This document shows, piece by piece, positions 9,209 to 18,880 of a DNA stretch of 35,267 nt (its first letter is position 1; each line of letters opens with the position of its first letter). The notes under the pieces were generated by a model that ran no database searches, was not told where the DNA came from, and saw nothing but the letters and a program-made list of their open reading frames with translations. The stretch comes from a virus (taxonomy: Duplodnaviria > Heunggongvirae > Uroviricota > Caudoviricetes), in IMG/VR virus record IMGVR_UViG_2737471818_000009. One strand, 5' to 3'. A program made the position numbers and the translations under genes.

Positions 9209-9840
9209 GCTTCATCTGCCTGTAATGTGTAATGTTCCACGGACAGGCCGTAATGTCCTGCCTGTAGCGAAGCGGTTAACCAGATGGTATCCTTTCTCAC
9301 AGTTGCTTCTGCTGTGTGATACCTGTAATGGCCATCGAATGTGCCGGCTGTCATCCGGGCAGTGGTTGTATTGATTACCTGAAAGAAATAGCGCCTGCAG
9401 GTACGACCATACTGGCGCACGAGCTGCATCATCAGCGCGTTGTTTTCACTTAACTGGGTGTCATTAATGCGCAGTAAAATAACGTCCCAGTCATGCTGCA
9501 GTTGCCGTTCCAGTGTTTTAACGTCTCCCACGCCAAGACGCTTAAAGATGCGTTCGAAGCCGGCGCGTTCGCCCGAGTCCTGAGCGTTAATAAACGCGTG
9601 TTTCACTCTTAAGCGAAATAACGAAACCGGCTCACCTTTAAATCTGGTGATATTGCGCTGATAAGCCAGCAGGTTAAGTAAAGGCTCTGCGCAGGTGTCG
9701 ACATCAATCTGCTGTAGTGGCCACGTCAGCCAGCTGTATACCTTTTCCCAGTAGCGATGCGATGAATGTGCCAGCGTTAACGGCTCGCCTTTATTCATCC
9801 AGGTGGGGAGCGGGAATTCAGGGATCTCCGGAAGTTTCAC
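9205..9840 (-). CDS. Baseplate/tail protein, P2 gpI-like
   Basis: 211 aa between the J-like gene and the tail fibre; position 9838..9840 is GTG (internal ATG at 9796..9798); family assignment by eye. Confidence 0.55.
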   Translation of the reverse strand: MKLPEIPEFPLPTWMNKGEPLTLAHSSHRYWEKVYSWLTWPLQQIDVDTCAEPLLNLLAYQRNITRFKGEPVSLFRLRVKHAFINAQDSGERAGFERIFKRLGVGDVKTLERQLQHDWDVILLRINDTQLSENNALMMQLVRQYGRTCRRYFFQVINTTTARMTAGTFDGHYRYHTAEATVRKDTIWLTASLQAGHYGLSVEHYTLQADEA

Positions 9841-11021
9841 GCGCTCACCTCCACAGTAAGGGATTCCAGACGAGGAACAGCCAGATCACTGAGAATATCC
9901 GGAAGAGAAAATGTAACCGACTCCACCTGTGGAAATACCTGGTGGATCTCTTCGCCCAGTCTGGACATGCTGAAACGGCTATACGGCCATGTTTTCTGAA
10001 CGTCATAATCGCTGTTTTCTCGAAATGCACAGCGAACCAGATTTTCCACGTTGCGCAATAACGTCTGAATTTCCTCATCGCTGAGGTTCAGCGTTGCATA
10101 TAACCAGAGTGTCACGGTCAGGGTGTGGCGTGTTTCAGGCATGGAAAAACAGCGCAGATCATCACCGTGTCCGTGATGACCTTCATCGTTAATGAATGCG
10201 TTTACTGCATCAACGAACGGTTCGGATGCGATGCCAGTATCCAGCAGAATGTAAGCATTTGCTGTGCCGGGGCCGCGTGGTGCGTCATGCAGAAAATAGA
10301 TGCGGTCGGCACTGATGCCGGCAACGCCGGCAATTAATCCCCGGTAAACAGCATCTGTGTGATAAGCGCCGGCAAGATTAAACTGATTGCGAACACGATC
10401 ACGCAGCTCGTCATCGCTTTCTTCGTTGGCACCCGGTGTGGTCAGCCAGTTTTCATCGTTCTCAACACCGGCAATACCATCAATCGCCACCGGAAGGATG
10501 CGGTAATATCCCGGCGCAAGGTTAAAGCCGGCTCCGGCCTGTTCCGCAGAAGCATCGATGTTCATGCTGAGTGTTCCTGCCGGAATAACGGTATCCCTGA
10601 CAACGGTCAGCGTATAAATCACGCCGTTAATGCGTTCTGTCTGAATCTGCGTACCGGCCGGCACGGTAACTGCGTGATCAATGTCGTTTTTGGTGAAACG
10701 AATCACGCCGGCTGCGTGCGTGGCGGCCTTGCGTTGCAGGTTTACCGCCCAGGCAAAAACATCAACGAATACACCGCTGGCATCAGCCAGAAACAGGTTT
10801 TTCATCACCACATTAACCAGCGCATCTTTCAGCCACATTACGGGTTTTGTGGTGATAGCTGTAATCAGTCGCCAGAACGGCGACATGCGGGATGTGTTGG
10901 TGATAAGCCCTTCGTCTTTGACAATGGCTTCAAATTCAGCACGTGCCTGTTCTTCGGTTACCGGCATGCCATTATCAGCCAGAATGCGCTCGTAATCTGC
11001 GGTAGGTTTGCCGTTAATCAT
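9837..11021 (-). CDS. Baseplate J-like protein (gp47/J family)
   Basis: 394 aa; ATG at 11019..11021 (the track start at 11024 is TTG); position between the small baseplate gene and the I-like gene. Confidence 0.7.
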   Translation of the reverse strand: MINGKPTADYERILADNGMPVTEEQARAEFEAIVKDEGLITNTSRMSPFWRLITAITTKPVMWLKDALVNVVMKNLFLADASGVFVDVFAWAVNLQRKAATHAAGVIRFTKNDIDHAVTVPAGTQIQTERINGVIYTLTVVRDTVIPAGTLSMNIDASAEQAGAGFNLAPGYYRILPVAIDGIAGVENDENWLTTPGANEESDDELRDRVRNQFNLAGAYHTDAVYRGLIAGVAGISADRIYFLHDAPRGPGTANAYILLDTGIASEPFVDAVNAFINDEGHHGHGDDLRCFSMPETRHTLTVTLWLYATLNLSDEEIQTLLRNVENLVRCAFRENSDYDVQKTWPYSRFSMSRLGEEIHQVFPQVESVTFSLPDILSDLAVPRLESLTVEVSA

Positions 11022-11364
11022 CAAGAGATACCGTAAAAGTCAGGGGTTCAAAAAAATCTTCGGTGTGGGCGCTAATCAGCAGGCGACCAGAAAGCGGGGT
11101 TTCTTCTGTCACACTGACCGTGCCAGGTGTGATGCGCTCATCATCTTCAATCAGCAGTGTCATCTGCATCATGATGTCGGCACGAAGCGTCGGGCTTTTT
11201 TCAGCCAGCAGGCGCGTTGCCAGTCCGCTTTCAATGATGGCGTGCTGGCAGTCCTGGGCAATACTTTCCCTGTTGTTGCATAACACCGGCTCACTGGCGC
11301 TGTTCAGCGTGAGATTGCGGCCGGTGATGAGCAAATCAATGTAAAGCGGTTTATCAGTATGCAT
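11014..11364 (-). CDS. Small baseplate protein (gpW / Mu gp46-like position), 116 aa
   Basis: ATG at 11362..11364 overlaps the tape-measure stop by 11 nt; the track ORF 11014..11502 extends upstream inside the tape-measure gene and is probably over-called. Confidence 0.45.
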   Translation of the reverse strand: MHTDKPLYIDLLITGRNLTLNSASEPVLCNNRESIAQDCQHAIIESGLATRLLAEKSPTLRADIMMQMTLLIEDDERITPGTVSVTEETPLSGRLLISAHTEDFFEPLTFTVSLDD

Positions 11365-13450
11365 GCAGCTCCATCCACTCGTTAAGACGGGCAAGGGATG
11401 GATCCTGCACATTGACGTTAACCACACGACGGGAGTTGTCGATGGTGGTCTGGTTTTCGCTGTTGTTCTGCATCTCTGCCGCAATGCCGCCCGGTCCCGC
11501 ACTGATGGCTTTGCCGCCGGTTAATACGGAGCCTTCGCCACTTCCTGTGCTTTCCGGTGTGTCGATATTGACGCCGGGGATCATGTTGAGCTTGCCTACA
11601 ATCCAGCCCCATGAATCACTGAAGGACTGTTTCACCAGTTCCCAGAGGTTACTGAAAATATTCAGGATGCCGCCCGCGAGATCCTTCAGGGCATCCAGTG
11701 GTGAATGCGTGGAAAAATAGTTAACCAGTGCATTCCAGCCGTCCTGGATTGTGTTCCATGCATTGCCGAACCATGCCCCCATACTGCCGACCATTTCAGC
11801 CACCCACTGAAAGGCGGCGGTATCCATCAGCGCGGCTTTAATCTCATCCCAGCGGGTGATCAGGAAATAAATGCCCACGCCCAGCGCAGCCAGTGCCAGG
11901 ATGATTAATGTGATGGGGCTGAAAAGTAACTGTGTTGCAATTGCAGCTCCGCTGGTGACTGCGGTGTAGATTTTCATTGCTATGCCGGCGGCACCCAGCG
12001 CAACAGAATAAAGCCAGAGTCCGGCGCGCTGTAATTTCAGCAGCGCCAGCTGAATTTTTGCTTTGACGTTGTATGTTCCCATAGCAATGGACATGGCCAG
12101 ATACAGCGCCCTGACCGTTCTGGCAACTACAGTGAATGCCCACATGGTAGCCGTCAGTGTGCGTTTCAGCAGAATGAGAATCTTCAGCGGCGCAACGGCT
12201 GCCAGCCAGACCAGCCGCAGTCCTGTCCAGACAAACTTCGCCACACCCACCATAATGTTGACAACAGCACCCACTGCGGCAATGCCCAGCAGGGCGGCAG
12301 ACAGTAAACCAATGGCCCGTGTGATATTGGGATACAGACGTAACCAGGCAACAAAGGATTTACCGCCTTCGTTGCTTTTCTGGATAAACGGGTACAGAAC
12401 AGGCAGCAACTGCGTGCCAATTTCGATGCGAATGCCGTTAATAATTGCAGCGGCCTGTTCCCATGGATCAGCCATGGCCTGTGCCATTTCGACAGCCTTA
12501 TCCATACCTTTGATATTGCCCAGCGTGGCGATATTCTTTTCAAGTCCGCCAATGTCCGCATTGAGTAATTTAATCATGGCCACAGCTTCATCGGAGCCAA
12601 AGGCGCTTTTCAGCAAATCGGAATCAGCCACTTTTGACAGATCACCAAATTTACCCCTGATAAGTTTCATGATCTCGACAACACTTTTCATCGTGCCGTC
12701 TTTATTCACGAAATTAAGCCCCAGCTTTTTCTGGGCGCTGCCTACTGCGGCAAGAAATGCCTTGTACTTTGTCCCGGCCTCGCTGCCACTCATGGTGGCC
12801 TGCAGCTGTCCCAGCACGGCGAACTGTTCAGCCGCATCAATACCGGCCGCTTTTGCACTGGCACCCAGCGTGGTGAACGCCGCTGACATGTTATCGCCGG
12901 TTGTTTTAAACATTTGCACGGCGGTGGCGGTTTGCCCGGCGACCTGCTCCACCCATTTGCTTTTTCCCATGGCATCAGCCTGGTCTTTAAAGATGCCGTA
13001 CATGGTGCCCATGTAGGCGGTAATGGTCTGGCTGCTGGATTTGGTTGCTGCTGCCACCGTTGCTGATGCGGTGGTGAAGCGGGACAGCTCATCGTCAGTT
13101 AATCCGGCAATGGCTGACTGGATGTCGTAAGAAGCACGCACAAAATCCTGCGCAGCCCCGCCGTATTCCATAGTGAAATCAACGGCGGCGCGGCTGAGTT
13201 TACGCAATCCGGACTCTGCGACGCCCAGTGATTTCACCTCACCGAGCGCCCTGTCCATTTCAATGGCTGGCATCAGTGCCCCCTGAATGGCTGCACCGAC
13301 TCCCCAGAGCGCAGCGCCTCCGGTAGCAATGTCCCGAAAGGCTCCCCGACTTGTTGCAGCAAATCCCTGAACCTGTCGCCCGGCTGCACGCAACGGCCTT
13401 GTCAGGCGGTCTGTCAGTTCAAGAAGTAATTCAAGGCGCTGTTGTGACAT
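11354..13450 (-). CDS. Tail tape measure protein
   Basis: 698 aa; long Ala/Gly-rich helical protein with hydrophobic central segments; directly follows the frameshifted chaperone pair. Confidence 0.8.
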   Translation of the reverse strand: MSQQRLELLLELTDRLTRPLRAAGRQVQGFAATSRGAFRDIATGGAALWGVGAAIQGALMPAIEMDRALGEVKSLGVAESGLRKLSRAAVDFTMEYGGAAQDFVRASYDIQSAIAGLTDDELSRFTTASATVAAATKSSSQTITAYMGTMYGIFKDQADAMGKSKWVEQVAGQTATAVQMFKTTGDNMSAAFTTLGASAKAAGIDAAEQFAVLGQLQATMSGSEAGTKYKAFLAAVGSAQKKLGLNFVNKDGTMKSVVEIMKLIRGKFGDLSKVADSDLLKSAFGSDEAVAMIKLLNADIGGLEKNIATLGNIKGMDKAVEMAQAMADPWEQAAAIINGIRIEIGTQLLPVLYPFIQKSNEGGKSFVAWLRLYPNITRAIGLLSAALLGIAAVGAVVNIMVGVAKFVWTGLRLVWLAAVAPLKILILLKRTLTATMWAFTVVARTVRALYLAMSIAMGTYNVKAKIQLALLKLQRAGLWLYSVALGAAGIAMKIYTAVTSGAAIATQLLFSPITLIILALAALGVGIYFLITRWDEIKAALMDTAAFQWVAEMVGSMGAWFGNAWNTIQDGWNALVNYFSTHSPLDALKDLAGGILNIFSNLWELVKQSFSDSWGWIVGKLNMIPGVNIDTPESTGSGEGSVLTGGKAISAGPGGIAAEMQNNSENQTTIDNSRRVVNVNVQDPSLARLNEWMELHAY

Positions 13451-13452
13451 TA

Positions 13453-13647
13453 CGATCCCTTAAAAGCACGGATAATGCCGTTATTGACGGCGATGCTCAT
13501 ATTTTCCCAGTAGTGGTTATCCAGCCAGACGGCGGCAGCCAGTGACTGCGGCGAGTCATCCTCGCCGGGCAGCCAGTGGCGGCGCAGAATCAGCATCCTG
13601 GTAAGGTCATTGCGATCAATGGCCCCCAGATGGCTTTTTATTTTTTT
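13453..13647 (-). other. Programmed -1 frameshift site and extension ORF of the tail assembly chaperone
   Basis: Slippery A_AAA_AAA (complement of 13641..13647); the -1 frame stays open for 63 codons (IKSHLGAIDRNDLTRMLILRRHWLPGEDDSPQSLAAAVWLDNHYWENMSIAVNNGIIRAFKGS) and stops at 13450..13452, overlapping the tape-measure ATG. Confidence 0.6.
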
Positions 13648-13931
13648 ACGGTGATTTCCACTTCCGGCACAAACTCGTTATTCACGGCTGTTGCCAGGCT
13701 GGCCGGCATTCCTGGTTTTTCCAGCAACTGGTTCAGCAGATCGCGGTGCTCTTTAATCACGATACGGCGCAGGTAGTTTTTCAGCGGCGCGATTTTGTTA
13801 TCCGGCATGAAGTCGTTCTGCAGGTCATTGTAGGCTTTTACGGTCGGGATAAACGTCAGTTCATGTTCGCCGACCTGTAAAGTGATGGTGTTCTCTGCGG
13901 TAGTCTGGGTGTTTTTATCGTTCATCATCAT
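13638..13931 (-). CDS. Tail assembly chaperone (short, zero-frame product)
   Basis: 97 aa; AAGGA RBS; ends ...GTA AAA AAA TAA, i.e. a run of seven A on the coding strand immediately before the stop. Confidence 0.65.
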   Translation of the reverse strand: MMMNDKNTQTTAENTITLQVGEHELTFIPTVKAYNDLQNDFMPDNKIAPLKNYLRRIVIKEHRDLLNQLLEKPGMPASLATAVNNEFVPEVEITVKK

Positions 13932-13957
13932 TTCCTTTTAAAGTCAAGAATAAGAGG

Positions 13958-13989
13958 GCTTAATAAGCCTGCAGGAAGGCTTATTAAGC
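13958..13989 (-). terminator. Intra-operon hairpin between endolysin and tail chaperone genes (attenuator/terminator candidate)
   Basis: 12-bp stem gcttaataagcc (13958..13969) / ggcttattaagc (13978..13989), loop tgcaggaa; T-rich stretch follows on the minus strand. Confidence 0.35.
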
Positions 13990-13995
13990 GTAAAA

Positions 13996-14337
13996 TCAGC
14001 GCACGCCGTCGTGCTCAAGGCTGAAATGATTGCCATCCGGGCGGTTTTTAAAACGACCGCCCCATGCGCCACCAAGGGATTCCCAGTACTCGCCCAGCTC
14101 GCGGTAGGCCTCTGTGCGGGTCTGATATTCACCGTTAATAAACAGATTAAAATCCACGGCCAGCCGCTGGCAGTGCAGGCTGTTGGCAATGCCGGATCCC
14201 TTTTGTGCGTTGAGTTTTGCCTGTTCTGGCGTGCGGTACGCCTCACCGAACGTCAGGCCATAACCGCGCTGATGGGCAAACTGGATGAGTTTTCCGATCA
14301 TGACGGTAAATTGTTGTTGCTTATCGGAGAGTTTCAT
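13996..14337 (-). CDS. Endolysin, peptidase M15-type (L-alanyl-D-glutamate peptidase-like)
   Basis: 113 aa; zinc-ligand-like motifs SLHCQRLAVD and GNHFSLEH; sits after the holin. Confidence 0.75.
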   Translation of the reverse strand: MKLSDKQQQFTVMIGKLIQFAHQRGYGLTFGEAYRTPEQAKLNAQKGSGIANSLHCQRLAVDFNLFINGEYQTRTEAYRELGEYWESLGGAWGGRFKNRPDGNHFSLEHDGVR

Positions 14338-14441
14338 TTTTGCTCCTTATGAGGTTGCTGAGGTTTGCGCAGCCAGTACCACAGTGCCCGGATAATTTTC
14401 CAGGCAATGGCGGCAGCTTTTTGTTCCCTGCGGGACAGCAT
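14334..14441 (-). CDS. Small basic amphipathic ORF (35 aa) between holin and endolysin
   Basis: Hand translation MLSRREQKAAAIAWKIIRALWYWLRKPQQPHKEQK; GAGGAG RBS 8 nt upstream of ATG 14439..14441; stop TGA overlaps the endolysin ATG. Confidence 0.35.
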   Translation of the reverse strand: MLSRREQKAAAIAWKIIRALWYWLRKPQQPHKEQK

Positions 14442-14446
14442 TGCTG

Positions 14447-14743
14447 TTACTCCTCTTTGTTCTCTTTCTCGCCCAGCTTCCGGCGCATATGACGCAGGAA
14501 GATTTCAACAATCTGGTAACCGGCAACGCCCATTGCGGTGCCTGCGCCGGCAATGGCCAGTGGGTCAAGGTTCGGGTAGCGAACCAGCAGGGCAGCGGCA
14601 GAAACACCCAGCGCGCTCCCCAGCAGGGTTCGGCCCACAAACAACCGCAACGTAATCGGCTCTGCGCCAGCCAGCACCCGACTTGCGGCAGCGATTCCGC
14701 CCAGAATGCCCAGAGTGATAATGGTGCGCTCATGCTCCTGCAT
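14447..14743 (-). CDS. Holin
   Basis: 98 aa with three hydrophobic segments and a charged C-terminus (RHMRRKLGEKENKEE); directly upstream of the endolysin. Confidence 0.65.
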   Translation of the reverse strand: MQEHERTIITLGILGGIAAASRVLAGAEPITLRLFVGRTLLGSALGVSAAALLVRYPNLDPLAIAGAGTAMGVAGYQIVEIFLRHMRRKLGEKENKEE

Positions 14744-14746
14744 GGT

Positions 14747-15202
14747 TCACCCCATCAGTCCGCGCACGTCGTTCTCTGAGAGAACGGGCACGCCGTTGAT
14801 ACGCACAAAGTCAGGGCTTGCCACCACGTACTTGATTTTGTGCGTGGTCAGATCTGCGCTCTCGGTGTCAATGCTTAACAGGCCGGAAAGCATCAGCTCA
14901 CAACCGAAGGCTTCAACGCGGATTTCTTCGGTTCCCGTATTGGCGTAAAACACAAAATCCATTGGCGGCAGGTCACGCCACGATCCCGCCTGAGCAGCCA
15001 CTTCCCCGAGCTGGTTAAAGCTGCGGGTACTCATTTCGATTTCACCTTCGGCACTGACAGGGCCGCGCAGTTTGCCGTCAGGGATGCCACGGGTTTTGGC
15101 AACGGCGCTTTCATCGCTGATGTCCAGTGAGATGCTTTTCACATGGATATCCGTTCCACCGATAAAGGTGTCAAACGCCATGCCGTTAATACGGGTCGTC
15201 AT
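14747..15202 (-). CDS. Tail tube protein
   Basis: 151 aa immediately downstream of the sheath gene with ATGA overlap; size and position typical of contractile-tail tube proteins. Confidence 0.6.
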   Translation of the reverse strand: MTTRINGMAFDTFIGGTDIHVKSISLDISDESAVAKTRGIPDGKLRGPVSAEGEIEMSTRSFNQLGEVAAQAGSWRDLPPMDFVFYANTGTEEIRVEAFGCELMLSGLLSIDTESADLTTHKIKYVVASPDFVRINGVPVLSENDVRGLMG

Positions 15203-16347
15203 GCGTTTTCCTCCAGAGATTTATCCAGCTGAATGCCCACTTTGATGGTTTTAGGGCAGGCGTAAGGGCGGACGACAATGCTGATACTGACCGTCTTTTC
15301 GTCCTGCCAGGTGATAACCACGTCGCCTTTCCGGGGCGATTTCACTTCGCCCGGAAACGTGATGCCGTTAAGTTGCGTGGATTTCGCCATGGCACGCAGT
15401 GGGCGGGCAAACAGCGTTTCATGTGCGGCAATGCTGCCCGGCGTGCTATTCAGTGAGCGATCGGCAATTTTGGGGATGGCCATCAGTCGCACGCGGCGTG
15501 CCACCTTATCAGCAATGCGGACATGCTCAATGACGTTGTAGTCCCCGCCTTCCACCTCAAGTGTCACACCATCAGCCCAGTAAAGGCCGTCATAGTCGGC
15601 ATACCACATGGGTACGCTGTAGCGGGCGGTTGCCAGTGCCTGCAGGGTGGCGAGATCAATTACCTGCCCTGCGCTGTCCTTCGGGCGCTCTGTGGTTTTC
15701 AGTGCGGACAGCGCCCCGGTTGCCACACGCGCTGGACTGTCAGCAATGGTGACGGCGCTGTTACACAAACGGCCGGCAAGAACGCCCGGTTCAAATCCAA
15801 AAATTTCCGGAACCAGCATGATTTGTGGGGCGGCGATGCCTTCCTGTAGCGTGGTCAGTTCAGCAACGTAATCTGCCCAGGTTTTGCTGCAGTTATTGGC
15901 GGCAATGGTCAGAATGAACCAGATGCGGCGCTGATATTTATTGATGATGGTCTGACGTAACGCCTGTATGGCGTTGATGTCATCCTTCGTGCTGACCGGC
16001 TCGGTGATCACCACACCTTCAACTGAAACAGTTTCCTGAGCCGCCAGAATGGCGTTCTGCCATGCCTGACAGGCTGGCGTTGCTTCTTTGCCTTTGCCGG
16101 CTTCCGGCAGAACGGCAACATAGAAAAAGGCATTCTGTCCGGCATTGGTCAGCGCAGACTGAAGGAAATTCTTCAACGGGCTGGCGTTTGTTCCCAGCAG
16201 TTCATCCAGATCGCTGTTGGCATTAACCGGCAGAACCTTACCTTTGTTGTTTTGTGCATTGCCCACAAACAGCAGTGTATTTTCCACGCCGTCCGGTGAA
16301 CTGCTGAATGTGTTGTACTGTTCAATTGTGACAGATGGCCAGGTCAT
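15199..16347 (-). CDS. Tail sheath protein (not P2 FI-like)
   Basis: 382 aa; AGGAG RBS; precedes the tube gene; no obvious similarity by eye to P2 FI. Confidence 0.6.
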   Translation of the reverse strand: MTWPSVTIEQYNTFSSSPDGVENTLLFVGNAQNNKGKVLPVNANSDLDELLGTNASPLKNFLQSALTNAGQNAFFYVAVLPEAGKGKEATPACQAWQNAILAAQETVSVEGVVITEPVSTKDDINAIQALRQTIINKYQRRIWFILTIAANNCSKTWADYVAELTTLQEGIAAPQIMLVPEIFGFEPGVLAGRLCNSAVTIADSPARVATGALSALKTTERPKDSAGQVIDLATLQALATARYSVPMWYADYDGLYWADGVTLEVEGGDYNVIEHVRIADKVARRVRLMAIPKIADRSLNSTPGSIAAHETLFARPLRAMAKSTQLNGITFPGEVKSPRKGDVVITWQDEKTVSISIVVRPYACPKTIKVGIQLDKSLEENA

Positions 16348-16366
16348 GATTTATCTCCTGATTTTG

Positions 16367-17080
16367 TTATCTCGTGCCGCCGTAATGCAGGCTGCGCAAT
16401 TGCGCCTCCAGAATGCGGGCAAATTCAGCGTTGCTGACTCCCAGAAATGCGCGGGAGGGGATTTTGATTTCCCATACACGTTTTTTCTGCTCGCCTTTCA
16501 GAATGCTGATCACCAGTCCGGCCTGCGCCATACTCATGTTTTCCATAATCCATTTCAGAGAAGGCTTTCTGCGTCCCCTGCGTCCGGTTTTTTTGCTGAC
16601 TGCGCCGACGGGGGCGCGAAAGCCCAGAGAAAGAAGGCGTTCTGCCTGCCGTCGTGTGGCGGGACGGGTGCGCATGGCTTCGCTGTCCCGGCGTTTTGTG
16701 GCGCGGCCTTTGATGGTTGCGCCGTGCTGTTGCACCCACGCGACCGCCCCACCATGAGAGCCGGTGTTGTAATCCCCTTTTTTGAAGAAAAGGCGGACAC
16801 TTTTCCCGCTGCCGTCAACCCTGATGGCCAGCAGTTTCGGCAGTCCCAGCAGCATTTTGTTTTTATACCTGCCGCTGGCTTTATCCGGTCTTTTTCGTGG
16901 TGCCCAGGCTGCCCCCTCCGGTGTTCGCTGTGCTTTCACATTGCGTCGTGCAGCCGGTATCAGGCCGTATTTCGCAATGCGAACCAGCAGCTTTCTGGCC
17001 TTTGCCGGCGGAAGTTCTGCCTCTCTGATGGCGCGACGAACCTGCCGGAGTTGTGACTCGTTAATCACTGGGCGCGTCAT
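16367..17080 (-). CDS. Virion morphogenesis / tail completion protein (P2 gpS-like)
   Basis: 237 aa, basic; ATGA-coupled to the upstream gpR-like gene; position after the head completion gene as in P2 R-S. Confidence 0.55.
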   Translation of the reverse strand: MTRPVINESQLRQVRRAIREAELPPAKARKLLVRIAKYGLIPAARRNVKAQRTPEGAAWAPRKRPDKASGRYKNKMLLGLPKLLAIRVDGSGKSVRLFFKKGDYNTGSHGGAVAWVQQHGATIKGRATKRRDSEAMRTRPATRRQAERLLSLGFRAPVGAVSKKTGRRGRRKPSLKWIMENMSMAQAGLVISILKGEQKKRVWEIKIPSRAFLGVSNAEFARILEAQLRSLHYGGTR

Positions 17081-17550
17081 GGCATCACCTGACAGTGAAG
17101 CTGATGCGCCTGAGCCACCCAGATTTCAGGCTTTTCCAGCTGGTAACGTTTCCCGCCTCTGGGGATGGGGCCGTTTTCGTCCTCAACCAGGGTGATGGGA
17201 TCAACCAGCGGCAGACTGATTTCCAGCCATGCCACTTCATTTTCATCATCCACTTCGACGTCAACGGTTGGCGCATCCGGTGCCAGGCGCTGGCGCAGGT
17301 CGCCGCCGTTGTCTGCCAGCCAGGCTTCAACCAGAGAAAACACCAAATCCGGATTGAGCTGACGATAGGGCCATGCGTCCCATCGCAGAAAAGCCGTATA
17401 TTTTCGGACCTGCGTGCATAACTGCCCGTGCCCCAGCGACTTCGTAAACGGAATGAGCGTGATGTCATCCATGTCACTGGTGAACGGAATGCGTGCGCGT
17501 GCCGGCAGATTGTTTTCAATGAATGCCGTCAGGCTGGCGAGTTGCGTCAT
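17077..17550 (-). CDS. Tail completion protein (P2 gpR-like position)
   Basis: 157 aa between the gpL-like and gpS-like genes; assignment by synteny. Confidence 0.45.
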   Translation of the reverse strand: MTQLASLTAFIENNLPARARIPFTSDMDDITLIPFTKSLGHGQLCTQVRKYTAFLRWDAWPYRQLNPDLVFSLVEAWLADNGGDLRQRLAPDAPTVDVEVDDENEVAWLEISLPLVDPITLVEDENGPIPRGGKRYQLEKPEIWVAQAHQLHCQVMP

Positions 17551-17559
17551 ACCATTTCC

Positions 17560-18117
17560 TTAATCAATCAGTGCAATGGAGGCGCGCGGTCGGCCCAGCA
17601 GCGCCCGCACCGCCATGGCTGCTTCAGCCAGCAACGTCCGGCGGCTCTCGCTGGCTTCTGTTGATGACTGCGCCTCGCGCCGCCCCACGCTGGCAGATTC
17701 CGGCAAAAGATCGGCCTTTGCGCGTGCATACACAGCCTTGGTGTACAGTGCTGTAATGTGGTTCTGCATCCGTTGAGGTTGTGCATCCGTGTTGCGCGGC
17801 TCTGGTTGCAACACGGTGTAACCCGGAATATCAGTGGCCCGGATGTAGCCCTGTTCCTGCCAGTATTCACGGCGTGCAGCCAGTTCAGTGTTAATCTCTG
17901 TCACCGCGCAAAGCAGCGCCGTCAGCACCGTTTCGTGTGACGTGACGGCGGGGATACTGCGGCTCTTTTCAAAATCACCGGCATCAATATCCGGCCAGAA
18001 TCCATCGTTCTGAATAATGGCCTGCTGATAGTGAATGCTTTTCCCGTCAAACATGCTCACTCCGTGGAAAGGCGGACTGACCGGTTTCCGCAGTGTGCTG
18101 ATGGCTTTTGCCGGCAC
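17560..18117 (-). CDS. L: Head completion/stabilisation protein (P2 gpL-like)
   Basis: Follows the small terminase as in the P2 O-N-M-L operon; contains an FWPDID motif; position 18115..18117 is GTG, first ATG at 18052..18054. Confidence 0.55.
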   Translation of the reverse strand: MPAKAISTLRKPVSPPFHGVSMFDGKSIHYQQAIIQNDGFWPDIDAGDFEKSRSIPAVTSHETVLTALLCAVTEINTELAARREYWQEQGYIRATDIPGYTVLQPEPRNTDAQPQRMQNHITALYTKAVYARAKADLLPESASVGRREAQSSTEASESRRTLLAEAAMAVRALLGRPRASIALID

Positions 18118-18152
18118 ACCTCCACCGCGCCCGCCCGGTTGTTGGGAGTCGT

Positions 18153-18863
18153 TTACGTGCCCTGCAACGCGCGCAGTCTTGCAGCAATGCGCTGGCGCAG
18201 GGTTTTCACCTGAATTTTTGGATGCAGCCAGGCAGCCCGCTCCAGATACTGATCAGCCTGTTGCAGTATCCCCGTATCATTAATTGCACTGGCCAGTGGT
18301 TTGCCGTCATCGCCGCGCAGCAGCTGGACGCCTGCAAAGCGCCAGTAGCGGGCAGCAAGACGTTCATTCACACGCCATTTGTCGCGGATTTTTTCAAACA
18401 CCTGCTGAAAATATGGCGCGATACTGTTCCCGCGTTCAGCTTCGGTTTCTGCCCATTCAAGAATGAAATGGGCCACAAACGTTGGCAGCTCGCTTTTGAA
18501 GTTCTCCGGCGTCTTCTGTCCCTGCTCAATGGCAATGTCAGTCCACCGCAGCGCCAGCTCAAACTGCCCGGTATCGAACAGCCAGATGATGCAGTACACC
18601 AGAATGGGATTCTGATAGACGCGTTCCCCCTCCAGATAAGCCTGTGCGTGTGGCAGCCAGCGGGGCAGCAGCGTGTTCCGCTTGAATTCCAGCTTGTCAG
18701 ACAGCAGCTCCATGTTGTGCAGTTGTCTGATGTCGTTATTCAGTGCCAGCAGCTTAATGTGCTGGCTCTCTGTACTGACGGCGCTCCCGTCCGTTCTGGT
18801 CATGAGTGCTGCACGGCGCTCATCCATCTGTCGGGCACGTTGTCGCTGCATTGGCGTTGGCAT
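18153..18863 (-). CDS. M: Terminase small (endonuclease) subunit, P2 gpM-like
   Basis: 236 aa; position after the major capsid gene in the O-N-M-L operon. Confidence 0.7.
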   Translation of the reverse strand: MPTPMQRQRARQMDERRAALMTRTDGSAVSTESQHIKLLALNNDIRQLHNMELLSDKLEFKRNTLLPRWLPHAQAYLEGERVYQNPILVYCIIWLFDTGQFELALRWTDIAIEQGQKTPENFKSELPTFVAHFILEWAETEAERGNSIAPYFQQVFEKIRDKWRVNERLAARYWRFAGVQLLRGDDGKPLASAINDTGILQQADQYLERAAWLHPKIQVKTLRQRIAARLRALQGT

Positions 18864-18880
18864 ACCGCGCGCTCCGTTTA

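Noticed and set aside
8330-9232. 300-aa plus-strand ORF
   Set aside because: Lies entirely antisense to the first tail fibre and I-like genes; Cys/Arg-rich translation typical of a shadow frame
10359-11036. 225-aa plus-strand ORF
   Set aside because: Antisense to the baseplate J-like gene
12063-13016. 317-aa plus-strand ORF
   Set aside because: Antisense to the tape-measure gene; low-complexity Ala/Ser/Pro composition reflects the reverse frame
16217-17056. 279-aa plus-strand ORF
   Set aside because: Antisense to the gpS-like and sheath genes
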